Notes: generated by a model not told the origin, from the letters alone. A DNA stretch of 64,000 bases from Candidatus Saccharimonadales bacterium (GCA_035479795.1 DATIII010000004.1:15668-79667); one strand, 5' to 3'; shown: positions 1 through 9,054, counted from the stretch's first letter. Numbers and translations: made by a program.

Positions 1-2
1 CT

Positions 3-189
3 TCCGCTGTAGTGATTAGCGACCGCGAAACCGGCCGTTCTAAAGGTTTCGGATTCGTTGAGTATGAAAACGATGAAGAGGCCAAGGCAGCTATTGCTGC
101 TCTGGACGGCAGTGAAATGGACGGACGTAAAATCACCGTTAATGAAGCTCGGCCCATGGCCGAACGGCCTCCGCGCCGCGACTTCTAAA
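3..189 (+). CDS. RRM-domain RNA-binding protein, C-terminal fragment (5' end outside window)
   Basis: Open frame from window edge to TAA at 187-189. Translation ...RSKGFGFVEYENDEEAKAAIAALDGSEMDGRKITVNEARP contains the RNP-1 octamer KGFGFVEY. Confidence 0.7.
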
Positions 190-190
190 T

Positions 191-218
191 AAAAAAGCGC
201 CCTTTTAGGGCCTTTTTT
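191..218. terminator. Hairpin plus T/A runs between convergent genes (bidirectional intrinsic terminator)
   Basis: aaaaaaGCGCCCttttaGGGCCttttttatttg; short GC stem followed by a T-run on + and an A-run on -. Confidence 0.45.
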
Positions 219-771
219 ATTTGAGTCCTAATTTCGATAATACGGCCAGGTAGCCACCGGTAATGGCACCGAGCAGACTGGTTATTAGATCGGTCATGGT
301 ATCGGTGTTGCCGTGCTGCAGCGGAATGTGAAATTCTCGTTCCACCGTAAACTCCACAATTTCCCAGAGTACAGCGGCCGTTATCGCGGTAAAGGCGGTT
401 ACATAAAAAATCTGCCAACCCCATTTGGGCTGAGACGCATTTGGCTCAAAGATGCGATTTTTAACCAGTAGCAAGTACATCAGTGGCCCCGAAAACACGG
501 GGAGGGTAAAGTGCACCAGCTTGTCGTAATAGGTGTAATGCTGGAAGAGTTCCAAATTGTTGCCGAGGACCTGGAAGATTCCGGCAATCATAAAGCCCAG
601 CTCCAGCCAAACTGGCACTTGCAGCCAGCGAACCACCATTATCAGTATCCAAGCGAGAAAAAACTTCCAGGTGAAGGCAAGGTTGCCAGCAAAGAAGTAA
701 AAGGCTGCAGCTACAAAGAAGCCAGTTCGCAGGTAGTCCATGGGTTTGATGTCGCCCCAATATCTCTTCAT
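217..771 (-). CDS. Integral membrane protein of unknown function
   Basis: 184-aa ORF with several hydrophobic helices (FFVAAAFYFFAGNLAF..., WILIMVVRWLQVPVWLELGFMIAGIF...). Confidence 0.55.
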   Translation of the reverse strand: MKRYWGDIKPMDYLRTGFFVAAAFYFFAGNLAFTWKFFLAWILIMVVRWLQVPVWLELGFMIAGIFQVLGNNLELFQHYTYYDKLVHFTLPVFSGPLMYLLLVKNRIFEPNASQPKWGWQIFYVTAFTAITAAVLWEIVEFTVEREFHIPLQHGNTDTMTDLITSLLGAITGGYLAVLSKLGLK

Positions 772-924
772 CTCTTAAGATCTCCGTAATATACAAATAA
801 TACAGGTGACTAATTAAGATAAGCAATCTGGGAGATAGCTGCCGCGGTTGCGGAAGATCTCTACGAGATAACGAAACACCCCGCCGACACGGCGACGAAG
901 TGTTTCAGTCGCTAGTCAGCGGGG

Positions 925-1694
925 TTAGTTGGGCCGGAACCGGTGGTACCAGCGCTTGGGAACGGAGGTCTGCACTGCTTCGTATAAGTCTTTGATCTGG
1001 TCAAAGACTTGGTCGGATACATTTTGCCAGTCGTAGCGCATTGATAGGCGTTCCTCAAAGGTCATTGGCTTGCCGAAGCTGACGATCACCTTGGGGAATA
1101 GCCAGAGCCGGCGCCAGTGCCGCAGGTACTGGCGCCGTAAACGGCCACCGGGATTACCGGAGCGCCTGTCATCCGGGCGAGTTTGCCGACGCCGGGTTTG
1201 GCCGGCTCCAGAATCTCGTGACTGCGGTCGCGGCCACCCTGAGCGTACATGACCACTGGTTGAGACTTGCTTTCCAGGATTATCCGGGCGGTTGAGAAGG
1301 CGTGGTCGTCGCGCACTCCCCGGGCGACGGGGAAGACCCCGCCGTGCTGGAAAATCCAGCGGCCAGGCTGCTTGTCGAAGAGCTGGGATTTGGCCATGAA
1401 CCGCACTTTGCGCGGTACGAACATGCCCACCACGAAGTGGTCGAAGAACGAGAAATGGTTAGGGACCAAGATGACCATGCCTTCAGCGGGGATGTTCTCG
1501 GTTCCCCTGGCCTCGGCCCGATAGAGCAGCCGCATCAGCGGCACCAAGATGAATTTGATCACGCGATAGACCGGGTACTTGGCGTCTGGGTCGTTTTCCC
1601 GCGCCCACACCTGGTATGGCAGGTAATACTCGGGTGGGTGCTGGCTCTTGTACTTCTGCGGCTTCATGCCGCCGCTGGCTCGCTCGTCGGTCAT
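925..1694 (-). pseudogene. plsC: 1-acyl-sn-glycerol-3-phosphate acyltransferase (PlsC family), split by a frameshift
   Basis: ORF 1086..1694 carries the acyltransferase motif VPNHFSFFDH and ...KLARMTGAPVIPVAVYG, then runs into a stop. The expected C-terminus (RQYLRHWRRLWLFPKVIVSFGKPMTFEERLSMRYDWQNVSDQVFDQIKDLYEAVQTSVPKRWYHRFRPN*) continues in the -1 frame down to TAA at 925-927. Confidence 0.6.
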
Positions 1695-1846
1695 TTGCGG
1701 CCCCAGTTGTCGGAGTCCTTGGCGATGGCGATCGTCACTACGAGGAAAGCCACGAATAGAGCTATGAGCAAGGCAGCCCCGATCCAGAATCCGGCATTCG
1801 ATTCATGAGCCGGGGGGAGCTGATGGACGACAATCGTGCCAGTCAT
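1691..1846 (-). CDS. Small single-TM protein (51 aa), third gene of a GC-rich mini-operon
   Basis: MTGTIVVHQLPPAHESNAGFWIGAALLIALFVAFLVVTIAIAKDSDNWGRK. Its ATG overlaps the stop of the upstream gene (ATGA). Confidence 0.4.
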   Translation of the reverse strand: MTGTIVVHQLPPAHESNAGFWIGAALLIALFVAFLVVTIAIAKDSDNWGRK

Positions 1847-2040
1847 CGCCTGGCCTCCAGCAAGCCGCACTCTTCGAGTAGCGCCCTGCCTCTGGCTCGC
1901 CAGATGTCGTACACCGGGCTTTGGAACCCGGGCTCCCACAACCTGGGGATACTCATGGCAACTGGAGACCATCTGACATGGTTGTTGTAGAGCCATCCGG
2001 AGACGCTCTCCACGAGCTCGTCTTCTTCTTCGGTAGTCAT
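1843..2040 (-). CDS. Small soluble protein (65 aa), hypothetical
   Basis: MTTEEEDELVESVSGWLYNNHVRW...; overlaps both neighbours by ATGA. Confidence 0.4.
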   Translation of the reverse strand: MTTEEEDELVESVSGWLYNNHVRWSPVAMSIPRLWEPGFQSPVYDIWRARGRALLEECGLLEARR

Positions 2041-2315
2041 CGCCGGCCTCGGTTCTTCTCCTGCTTGCGCTCATCGAGGATCGGCTGGACCTGCAGCCAG
2101 CGGACCCAGACGATGGGCGCGGAGATGATCAGCCCGACGGCAACCAGTGCAAAGCCCTCAGCGATGTGCCCTGATGCAACAATCATTCCGCAAGGGAAGA
2201 TGATGCCCAGAGGCATGATCAGCGCCCAAAGCTTGAGACGCCAGCTCGCGAGAAGACGCAATCCATTCGGCGATCGGAACTGAGATCGGCCCAGTTCTTG
2301 TAGGAACTTCCTCAC
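2037..2315 (-). CDS. Small two-TM membrane protein (92 aa), hypothetical
   Basis: Hydrophobic segments LWALIMPLGIIFPCGMIVASG and FALVAVGLIISAPIVWV; first gene of the three-gene overlapping set. Confidence 0.45.
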   Translation of the reverse strand: MRKFLQELGRSQFRSPNGLRLLASWRLKLWALIMPLGIIFPCGMIVASGHIAEGFALVAVGLIISAPIVWVRWLQVQPILDERKQEKNRGRR

Positions 2316-2383
2316 TTTGCTACCTCCAGATTGGGTAGGGTGTGGTCGGCCTAATTTATAACTGTATAAGCGAATAATTGCAA

Positions 2384-2460
2384 TGGCGGGCCCGACCGGA
2401 TTCGAACCGGCGATCTCCTCCGTGACAGGGAGGCATGTTAGGCCTCTACACCACGGGCCC
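2384..2460 (-). tRNA. tRNA-Asp (anticodon GTC)
   Basis: Reverse complement folds as GGGCCCG/CGGGCCC acceptor, anticodon arm CCTCC-CTGTCAC-GGAGG, T-loop GGTTCGAATCC, discriminator G and encoded CCA. Confidence 0.9.
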
Positions 2461-2571
2461 GCGTCAAAAGAACTGACTCATACTAGCAGATTCCATCTGT
2501 TGACGCAATCAAGGGGAAGTCGTTTTGCGCAGGTTGAATACCGCTAATGGTTAGCCTATAATGGCCTACAT

Positions 2572-2943
2572 ATGGATCCGATCCGGAAGCGTGGAAATAC
2601 TCTAGATCTCAGCCAGGCCAAGCCTAAGGCACCGGCTGGTCCGGCCATGCCTAAACGCCCTTATACTCCTGAGGTAAAGGCTCAAGCTCCACGGGTGGCA
2701 CCAGTCCCAACTCATTCACTCGAGGTGGCAGAAGCCATTGATGCGGCTCGAGCCGAAAAGGCCCAAGCCCAAGCCCAAGCCCCAGCCCCAGCCCCAACCG
2801 CACCGGCACCTGCGCCAGCCGCCTCGCCCAACCGCAGCCGTTTTTGGCCGGCCTTCATGAAGTTTTTGGGCCTGCTAATTATTTTTGGGCTGATTGTCGC
2901 CGGCGGCCTCTACATCTACATCCATTTTTACACTCAGCAGTAA
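2572..2943 (+). CDS. Pro/Ala-rich low-complexity protein with C-terminal membrane anchor
   Basis: 123 aa; AQAQAQAPAPAPTAPAPAPAASP repeat region and C-terminal TM FLGLLIIFGLIVAGGLYIYIHF. Confidence 0.5.
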   Translation: MDPIRKRGNTLDLSQAKPKAPAGPAMPKRPYTPEVKAQAPRVAPVPTHSLEVAEAIDAARAEKAQAQAQAPAPAPTAPAPAPAASPNRSRFWPAFMKFLGLLIIFGLIVAGGLYIYIHFYTQQ

Positions 2944-2944
2944 T

Positions 2945-3349
2945 ATGCAGATTCAAACCTCCAAGCAATCCGTCCTCGACATCTTTGTCCTGGTGCTGTT
3001 TATTTGTCTCCTTGCCGGAGGAGTTACTTATCTGGAGGTAGTCAGGCCCAGTATCAAAGACCTCGATGGCCTCATGAACCGCTTGACCGCCATGCAAACC
3101 CCGGCTCCGGCAGCCCCACCCGTGCAGACCAAACCAAAGGCCGCGCCAGCGTCCGCATCAGTAATTAAAACTGCCAGTACAAATCAAACTGTTCATTTTC
3201 GGACGGCAAAAGACACCAGTAGCCAGATTATTCAAGACTTGGCACCGGGTACAACCGTGCAGCTACGCGATGATAGCGACGCCAAATGGCAGGGGGTAAG
3301 CTACCAGGGCAAGCAAGGCTACATCTTTAAAGAATATCTTTCATATTAG
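2945..3349 (+). CDS. Membrane-anchored protein with C-terminal bacterial SH3-like domain
   Basis: Starts 2 nt after the upstream stop. N-terminal TM VLDIFVLVLFICLLAGGV. C-terminus TVHFRTAKDTSSQIIQDLAPGTTVQLRDDSDAKWQGVSYQGKQGYIFKEYL resembles SH3b domains. Confidence 0.55.
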   Translation: MQIQTSKQSVLDIFVLVLFICLLAGGVTYLEVVRPSIKDLDGLMNRLTAMQTPAPAAPPVQTKPKAAPASASVIKTASTNQTVHFRTAKDTSSQIIQDLAPGTTVQLRDDSDAKWQGVSYQGKQGYIFKEYLSY

Positions 3350-3479
3350 CTTTGGTCAGCACAAGCGCTATATTCCAAAATTAACATTACTAACATAGCT
3401 GCCTTTGGTATTTACACTAATGCCGCCTAGGGGGTTTAAAGCGATACTTAGGGCACATAAAAACTAAGGGGTGCAGCCA

Positions 3480-3653
3480 ATGAGCAATTCACGCGGCAGA
3501 AAATTTAAGGCTCTAGGACAGGATCGGTACGATGCTGATGTGTTCTACATGAGTTTGGAGGAAGCCAAAAACTTCATAGCCGACAAATACGAATTTCTCG
3601 CCGAGCGCATAGAGCGCCAAAAACCAAAACAGATCAAGCCCAACCGAGGGTAA
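3480..3653 (+). CDS. Small hypothetical protein (57 aa)
   Basis: AAGGGG Shine-Dalgarno 9 nt upstream of ATG 3480; followed by a strong terminator. Confidence 0.4.
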   Translation: MSNSRGRKFKALGQDRYDADVFYMSLEEAKNFIADKYEFLAERIERQKPKQIKPNRG

Positions 3654-3659
3654 ACCAAG

Positions 3660-3688
3660 AAGACCGGATGCGAGACCGGTCTTTTTTA
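3660..3688 (+). terminator. Rho-independent terminator
   Basis: AGACCGGatgcgaGACCGGTCTTTTTT. Confidence 0.6.
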
Positions 3689-3719
3689 ATTGCCACATTT
3701 TTGCTTGAATAGATGGAGC

Positions 3720-3796
3720 GCCGAAGTAGCTCAGCTGGCCAGAGCAATGCTTTCGTAAAGCAGAGGTCGCGGGTTCAAATCCCGCCTTCGGCTCCA
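3720..3796 (+). tRNA. tRNA-Thr (anticodon CGT)
   Basis: Acceptor GCCGAAG/CTTCGGC, D-arm GCTCAGCTGGCCAGAGC, anticodon loop TTCGTAA, T-loop GGTTCAAATCC, encoded CCA. Confidence 0.9.
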
Positions 3797-3798
3797 TT

Positions 3799-3872
3799 GC
3801 GGGTATAGTTCATCGGTAGAACGCGACCTTCCCAAGGTTGAGAGAGGGGTTCGATTCCCCTTACCCGCTCCA
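3799..3872 (+). tRNA. tRNA-Gly (anticodon CCC)
   Basis: Acceptor GCGGGTA/TACCCGC, anticodon loop TTCCCAA, T-loop GGTTCGATTCC, CCA encoded; only 2 nt after tRNA-Thr. Confidence 0.9.
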
Positions 3873-3906
3873 GCAATTATTAAACAGCTAGTGCTATAAT
3901 TACTCC

Positions 3907-4308
3907 ATGGCTGTATCTGATACCGCAAAGGGGATGGGGCGGTGGAGTATAAATACTAAGGCAATTCGCCAGCATCCGATGATGAGCGATCGGATTTCGG
4001 TGCCCGTTCTCGGCGCGGCCGTAGTTTTGAATATTTGTAATCTTTTAGTTCTAATCTTTCGGGTACATCGAGCAACCTATCCGGTGCCGGTGCACTACTC
4101 CAGTCTAGTTGGCTTCGATCAGGTAGGGAGTTGGCTGGCTATCTGGCGAATTGGTCTATTTGCGCTGGCCGTCACTCTCATCAATGGTGTATTGGCGGCC
4201 AAGGCCTTCCAGCGTAATCGGCTGGCCAGCTTCTTTCTGCTGCTCGGCAGTGTTGTCGTCGGCTTGCTTTGCCTTATTATCACCTCAGCCTTTGCGGTTA
4301 TTGTCTAA
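3907..4308 (+). CDS. Integral membrane protein, hypothetical
   Basis: 133 aa, multiple TM helices; stop overlaps the start of the downstream GT2 gene (TAATG). Confidence 0.55.
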   Translation: MAVSDTAKGMGRWSINTKAIRQHPMMSDRISVPVLGAAVVLNICNLLVLIFRVHRATYPVPVHYSSLVGFDQVGSWLAIWRIGLFALAVTLINGVLAAKAFQRNRLASFFLLLGSVVVGLLCLIITSAFAVIV

Positions 4309-5996
4309 TGGCAACCAGCGCCTACCAATACATCACTGATCGTCGTTGGTTTGAACGTTTTCTAGAAATTCTGCCGGGGGCCCTGACTTGGCTGTTTTTA
4401 ATCGCGCCGATTGGCCTGAGCTTTATTAAGCCTCTCTGGGTGGCTTATTTTATCATTGCATTTGACCTTTATTGGCTTCTCAAAGCCTTTCGTCTGAGTA
4501 TTTTTCTTGTTCGCGGTTATTCGCAACTGCATCGTACCCAAAGGATTAATTGGGCTCATCGGCTGGATTGGCTTGAGGATCCCAAGCCGCATTTGGCCAA
4601 GGTCGAGCGACGGATGCGCGACCTAGTTAGCGCCTATCCCAGCGTCAAGCGGCGGCTGCAGTTTAGTGCCAGCGGCCTAAAAGCGCATCAAAAGTACCTG
4701 GGCATTGCGAACGAAATTGATACGCTGCGCGACATTGAGCAGCACGAAGCAGCCATTATCAAACCGAGCGAGTTATATCATTTGGTAATTATTGCCACCT
4801 ACAATGAGTCCTACGAAATCCTGCGTTCATCAATAGAGGCTCTGCTGCATTCTGAATATCGTCGTGACAGGCTGATGGTAGTGATTGCCTATGAAGAGAG
4901 GGGAGGCCAGGCAACTAAAGAGACAGCCGAGTCGCTGGTAGCCGAATTCGGCCCAAAGTTCCGTCATGCTCAGGCTATTATGCATCCCGATGGGATCGTC
5001 GGTGAACTGCAAGGAAAGGGTGCTAACCTAACCTTTGCGGGACGCCAGATGGCCAAGATTATCGGTGGAGATGGGATGAACCCCGAAAACATTATCGTCA
5101 CCACTCTTGATAGCGATCACCGCGTGGACAAGCAATACTTCTCGCGGCTGAGCTATGTTTATGCCACCAATCCGAATCGCTTACATAAAAGCTATCAGCC
5201 GGTGCCGATGTTCTATAACAACATTTGGGACGCGCCGGCTCCCATGCGCGTGATTGCTACCAACAACTCGTTTTGGGTATTAATCGAAGCCATGCGTCCG
5301 CACCGACTGCGTAACTTTGCGGCTCATGCCCAGAGTTTTAAGGCGCTTCTGGATACTGATTTCTGGAGCGTGACTAGTCCGGTGGAAGATGGCCATCAGT
5401 ACTGGCGCAGCTGGTTTGCATTTGATGGCGACCACGAGGTTTTGCCGCTTTATATTCCGGTTTACCAGGACGCCGTGCTGGATAAGACCTATCTAAAAAC
5501 CTTTGTAGCCCAGTACAAGCAGATGCGGCGTTGGGCGTTTGGCGTTTCCGATTTTCCCTACGTGGTGCGACATGCTATTCGTAATAAACACATTCCATTT
5601 CTAGAGAAGGTAATTCAGATCTTTAGGTTGTTTGAAGGCCATTTTTCCTGGGCGACGGCCGCTTTGGTGGTCAGTTTTGTGGCCTGGCTGCCATTATTTT
5701 TAAACCCGCACTTTGCCCGCCAGGAGCTAGCCCACCAGCTACCCATCATTGCCAGCCGGCTCATGAATGTGGCCACAATTGGGTTGGTTATCACGGTGGC
5801 CGTTAGTATGATTTCGCTGCCGCCGCGGCCCCCACACCATGGCCGGACTCGCAGCCTGGGCATGCTCATTCAATGGGCTTTGCTGCCGGTGGTGGCCATA
5901 TTGTTTGGGTCGTTTGCGGCCATTGATTCGCAAACCCGATTAATGTTAGGTAAACATCTCGGCTTCTATGTCACCCCAAAGGCCCGACGCGAATGA
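4308..5996 (+). CDS. Processive family-2 glycosyltransferase (cellulose/chitin-synthase-like), membrane-integrated
   Basis: D,D motif TLDSDH and Q-x-x-RW motif QYKQMRRWAFG, plus N- and C-terminal TM helices. Start assigned to ATG 4308 (MATSAYQY...) overlapping the upstream stop. Confidence 0.7.
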   Translation: MATSAYQYITDRRWFERFLEILPGALTWLFLIAPIGLSFIKPLWVAYFIIAFDLYWLLKAFRLSIFLVRGYSQLHRTQRINWAHRLDWLEDPKPHLAKVERRMRDLVSAYPSVKRRLQFSASGLKAHQKYLGIANEIDTLRDIEQHEAAIIKPSELYHLVIIATYNESYEILRSSIEALLHSEYRRDRLMVVIAYEERGGQATKETAESLVAEFGPKFRHAQAIMHPDGIVGELQGKGANLTFAGRQMAKIIGGDGMNPENIIVTTLDSDHRVDKQYFSRLSYVYATNPNRLHKSYQPVPMFYNNIWDAPAPMRVIATNNSFWVLIEAMRPHRLRNFAAHAQSFKALLDTDFWSVTSPVEDGHQYWRSWFAFDGDHEVLPLYIPVYQDAVLDKTYLKTFVAQYKQMRRWAFGVSDFPYVVRHAIRNKHIPFLEKVIQIFRLFEGHFSWATAALVVSFVAWLPLFLNPHFARQELAHQLPIIASRLMNVATIGLVITVAVSMISLPPRPPHHGRTRSLGMLIQWALLPVVAILFGSFAAIDSQTRLMLGKHLGFYVTPKARRE

Positions 5997-6018
5997 TTTC
6001 TTATAAGGGCCCAGAGAG

Positions 6019-7056
6019 ATGAGTTATCTGGTTGCTTTTGCCATAGCCTTTGCATTGTCGCTGGCAATCACGCCGCTGGTTCGGCGGTTTGCGATTGCCA
6101 GAGGTATTCTAGATCTGCCGGCGGAACGTAAGGTTCATGTCGAGCCAGTTGCCCGCATGGGTGGTCTGGCCATTGTGGCTAGCTTTATGGCGGTCACTCT
6201 CGCAGTAGTGCCAGCAACCCGCCAGCTTAGTGCGCTGCTGGGTGGAGTTGTCATCTTGGCCGTGGTTGGAATAATCGATGACGTGCGAGGACTGGCCCCA
6301 GGTGTCAAATTTGCCTGGCAGATTGTGGCAGCCATGGTCGCCCTGGCCGGCGGGATCGGCATTACGGCCATTACCAATCCGCTAGGCGGTTCTATTGATC
6401 TGCAATGGGGGAGATTCCCCGTGGATGTTTGGGGTTGGCATTTTCATATTGCCCCAATTGCTAACTTAATCAGTATTCTATGGATGGTTGGTATGGTTAA
6501 CGTCATTAATTTTCTCGATGGTCTCGACGGTTTGGCCTGTGGGGTTTCAACCATCACCGCCCTGGTAATGTTTGTGTTGGCCCTAAATGTCGACCAGCCA
6601 ATTGTGGCGCTGCTGGCCATTATTACCGCTGGCTCGGCGCTGGGCTTTCTACCATATAACTTCTTTCCGGCTCGGATATTCATGGGCGATACCGGAGCTT
6701 ACTTCCTGGGGTTGATCATTGCTATGCTGGCCATTTACTCTGGAGGCAAGCTGGCTACGGCTCTGTTGGTGGTCGGTTTTACTATCATCGATTCGCTTTG
6801 GGCCGTGATTCGCCGGCTGCGGCGCGGCAGCCATCCCTTTAAGGCTGATCGCGAGCATCTGCATCATTTGCTACTCGAAGCCGGTTTGAGCCAGCGGGTA
6901 GCAGTACTATTGCTGTATCTGCTGGCTGTTATATTTGGGTTAATCGCCTTGGCTTCAGGTAGTTTTTCCAAGCTAGTGGCCCTAATTGTCTTGATAGTGG
7001 TAACCGTAACTTTAATAGCTACTTTGCTCCGTTTAGCGGGTCGTCGACGGGTTTAA
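6019..7056 (+). CDS. Polyprenyl-phosphate N-acetylhexosamine-1-phosphate transferase (MraY/WecA family)
   Basis: Multi-TM protein with GIIDDVRGL and NVINFLDGLDGLACG motifs typical of the MraY/WecA/TagO family. Confidence 0.8.
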   Translation: MSYLVAFAIAFALSLAITPLVRRFAIARGILDLPAERKVHVEPVARMGGLAIVASFMAVTLAVVPATRQLSALLGGVVILAVVGIIDDVRGLAPGVKFAWQIVAAMVALAGGIGITAITNPLGGSIDLQWGRFPVDVWGWHFHIAPIANLISILWMVGMVNVINFLDGLDGLACGVSTITALVMFVLALNVDQPIVALLAIITAGSALGFLPYNFFPARIFMGDTGAYFLGLIIAMLAIYSGGKLATALLVVGFTIIDSLWAVIRRLRRGSHPFKADREHLHHLLLEAGLSQRVAVLLLYLLAVIFGLIALASGSFSKLVALIVLIVVTVTLIATLLRLAGRRRV

Positions 7057-7107
7057 ATCACTCGGCCGCTGCGCTATAATTAAACCTGTAAGGAAGGGAT
7101 ACGCCAT

Positions 7108-7437
7108 ATGAGTCGGATGAATTTGCAGGAGCTGATTAAGAACCTCCAGCAGTTTTATAAGTGCCCCTCCTGCGATGCCAGTTACTATCTGGATGATATC
7201 AACTTTCTAGGCGAGCTAAATCACTTCTATTTTGTGCAGATGAATTGTCACGAATGCTCATTGCCGATGCTGGCCACCGTTTCAACCAGCGGCAAGACGA
7301 TTAATCGTAGCAAGACGGACCTAAAGCAAGCCGAGGAAGCTAAGTTTGCTGCCATGGGCGCTATCTCGGCCAGCGAGATAGCCGACTTCCACCGCTTTCT
7401 GAGTCGTAAAAAAGGCGGCTTCACCAAGAAAAAGTAA
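7108..7437 (+). CDS. Small zinc-ribbon-like protein (two CxxC pairs), hypothetical
   Basis: CPSC...CHEC spacing; lysine-rich tail. Confidence 0.45.
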   Translation: MSRMNLQELIKNLQQFYKCPSCDASYYLDDINFLGELNHFYFVQMNCHECSLPMLATVSTSGKTINRSKTDLKQAEEAKFAAMGAISASEIADFHRFLSRKKGGFTKKK

Positions 7438-7447
7438 CCTGCCTGAG

Positions 7448-7475
7448 TTGCAATATCGAACAAAAAAAGTATACT
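7448..7475 (+). promoter_or_regulatory. Candidate sigma70 promoter for rplY
   Basis: TTGCAA, 16-nt spacer, TATACT; followed by hairpin GATGGGTC...GACCCATC at 7489-7515. Confidence 0.4.
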
Positions 7476-7530
7476 GTTAGGCATAGATGGGTCGTTTGTG
7501 TTTGGACCCATCTTTTAAATGGCAATTTTT

Positions 7531-8241
7531 ATGGATAAAATAATTCTTAATCTGGAAAATCGTGCCGAAAAGGGCAAGCAAAACCGTCGCCTGCGCGCCA
7601 GCGGCAAGGTGCCGGCAGTTGTGTACGGCCATGGTTCTGACCCTCAGGCTGTGGCGGCTGATGCCAAAATGATTGAAAAGGTGTATAGCCAGGCCGGTGG
7701 CAACAAGATTGTTGGTATCAAGATAGGCGACGACAAGCAGAAGAATGCCTTATTCCAAGATATTCAGATCGATAGTCGCACCGGCCATCTAACTCATGCC
7801 GATTTATATCTAGTCCGGATGGATGAAAAGATTAAGACCGAAGTGCCAGTACATATGGTGGGTGAGTCGACGGCTGTCTACCAGCAAGAAGGCACATTGA
7901 TTCGGCCCATCGAAACCGTGGAGGTGGAGGCACTACCAGCTGATTTGCCAGAAAACTTTGAAATTGATATCTCAGTTATCGATGACTTTGATAAAACTAT
8001 TACAGTCGGTGATTTAAAGGTCCCGCAAGGCGTCGAAATTTTGACTGCCCCGGAGGAAGTTTTAGCAAAAGTTGAGCCGCCACGTAGTGATGCCGAGCTG
8101 GAAGAGCTCGATAGTGAGGTCACCGAAGAGCTGCCCGAGGGTGTTGCGGAAGATGATGAGGCCGCCCGTGAAGATGGTCCCCAGACCGACAAAGAACCTC
8201 AGAATAAAGACGCCGGCGCCAACCCTGAAGGCGCTAAATAA
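7531..8241 (+). CDS. rplY: 50S ribosomal protein L25 / general stress protein Ctc
   Basis: KGKQNRRLRASGKVPAVVYGHG N-terminal signature of bL25, with acidic C-terminal extension. The ORF also opens at 7519; the later ATG fits family N-termini better. Confidence 0.85.
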   Translation: MDKIILNLENRAEKGKQNRRLRASGKVPAVVYGHGSDPQAVAADAKMIEKVYSQAGGNKIVGIKIGDDKQKNALFQDIQIDSRTGHLTHADLYLVRMDEKIKTEVPVHMVGESTAVYQQEGTLIRPIETVEVEALPADLPENFEIDISVIDDFDKTITVGDLKVPQGVEILTAPEEVLAKVEPPRSDAELEELDSEVTEELPEGVAEDDEAAREDGPQTDKEPQNKDAGANPEGAK

Positions 8242-8259
8242 TTCATTTCTAATCTGTAA

Positions 8260-8284
8260 AACGGCCCCAAGCGGGCCGTTTTTT
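8260..8284. terminator. Bidirectional intrinsic terminator
   Basis: CGGCCCcaagcGGGCCGTTTTTT between convergent rplY and nrdR. Confidence 0.55.
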
Positions 8285-8726
8285 AGTATTTCTTAAGTTC
8301 TTTTTTAAGGGCGGCTTCGTTGGCTGGACTTGCCTGAAATGCCAGGAAGCGCATGAAGGCTGGGGTGTTGAAGTGCTTCAAAGTAGTCAGCACAATCTCG
8401 GCGATTTTGGCCGAACTAATTTCTTGTGCCTTAGTGTCTAAAATTTTAGCTTCGATGGTATCGGTCACGGCATCGACCGTAGTTTCTTTGGCCGGGATGG
8501 AGAGGAAGGCGCCATGGATGCCGCTGTAGAGCTTGGCGCGGCTGTAGCGCTGCTTACGTCCAGATTTTTTAAGTACCTTCACAAAGGCGAGGTCGGGGGC
8601 TTCGTAGGTTGTGAAGCTTTCTTTGCACGATAGGCAGCGCCGCCGCCGCCAGATCTGGGTACCAAACTTGGTTGGGCGAGTATTAAACACGTCCGTAGTA
8701 TCTTCGCGACAAAAAGGACATTTCAT
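8283..8726 (-). CDS. nrdR: Transcriptional repressor NrdR
   Basis: MKCPFCREDTTDVFNTRP...IWRRRRCLSCKESFTTYE zinc ribbon followed by an ATP-cone region. Confidence 0.85.
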   Translation of the reverse strand: MKCPFCREDTTDVFNTRPTKFGTQIWRRRRCLSCKESFTTYEAPDLAFVKVLKKSGRKQRYSRAKLYSGIHGAFLSIPAKETTVDAVTDTIEAKILDTKAQEISSAKIAEIVLTTLKHFNTPAFMRFLAFQASPANEAALKKELKKY

Positions 8727-9054
8727 GAGTAATTACCAGGTTTTACAGGTGTAAGGGCTAAAAATAAAAGGACTTCCGGCGCCCTCACGTCCTGGAGGGG
8801 TAACCGGAAGTATTCCTTACCACAAAAAGAATTGTAAGAAACTCCGCCTTGGCTGTAAACCCTTTTTTTGAATTCCATGACTACATATTGTCATGTGACT
8901 ATAAAAATCTCTAGTGGAAAAGTTAGGCCAAATGGGGAGAAAGGGTCGGCTAATCTGTTGGCCGGATTTAGAGATGACAATATATGCGGCTATGATTTGT
9001 CTGCAGCTCGGTATACTATGCCTTCACCTGAGGAAATCTACCAAGGGAGCACCT

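Noticed and set aside
511-826. ORFs 511..789 (+) and 461..826 (-) overlapping the membrane-protein gene.
   Set aside because: Alternative frames and antisense of the better-supported 217..771 ORF.
3513-3928. Track ORFs 3513..3797 (-) and 3731..3928 (-).
   Set aside because: They lie across tRNA-Thr and tRNA-Gly; they are artefacts of RNA genes.
8735-8815. Long bulged hairpin (AAAAGGACTTCCGG...CCGGAAGTATTCCTT) in the nrdR / trpF-like divergent region, considered as SRP (4.5S) RNA.
   Set aside because: Contains CCGGAAG, but the rest of the domain-IV consensus (AGCAGCC, GNRA context) is not present; probably a regulatory hairpin or coincidence.
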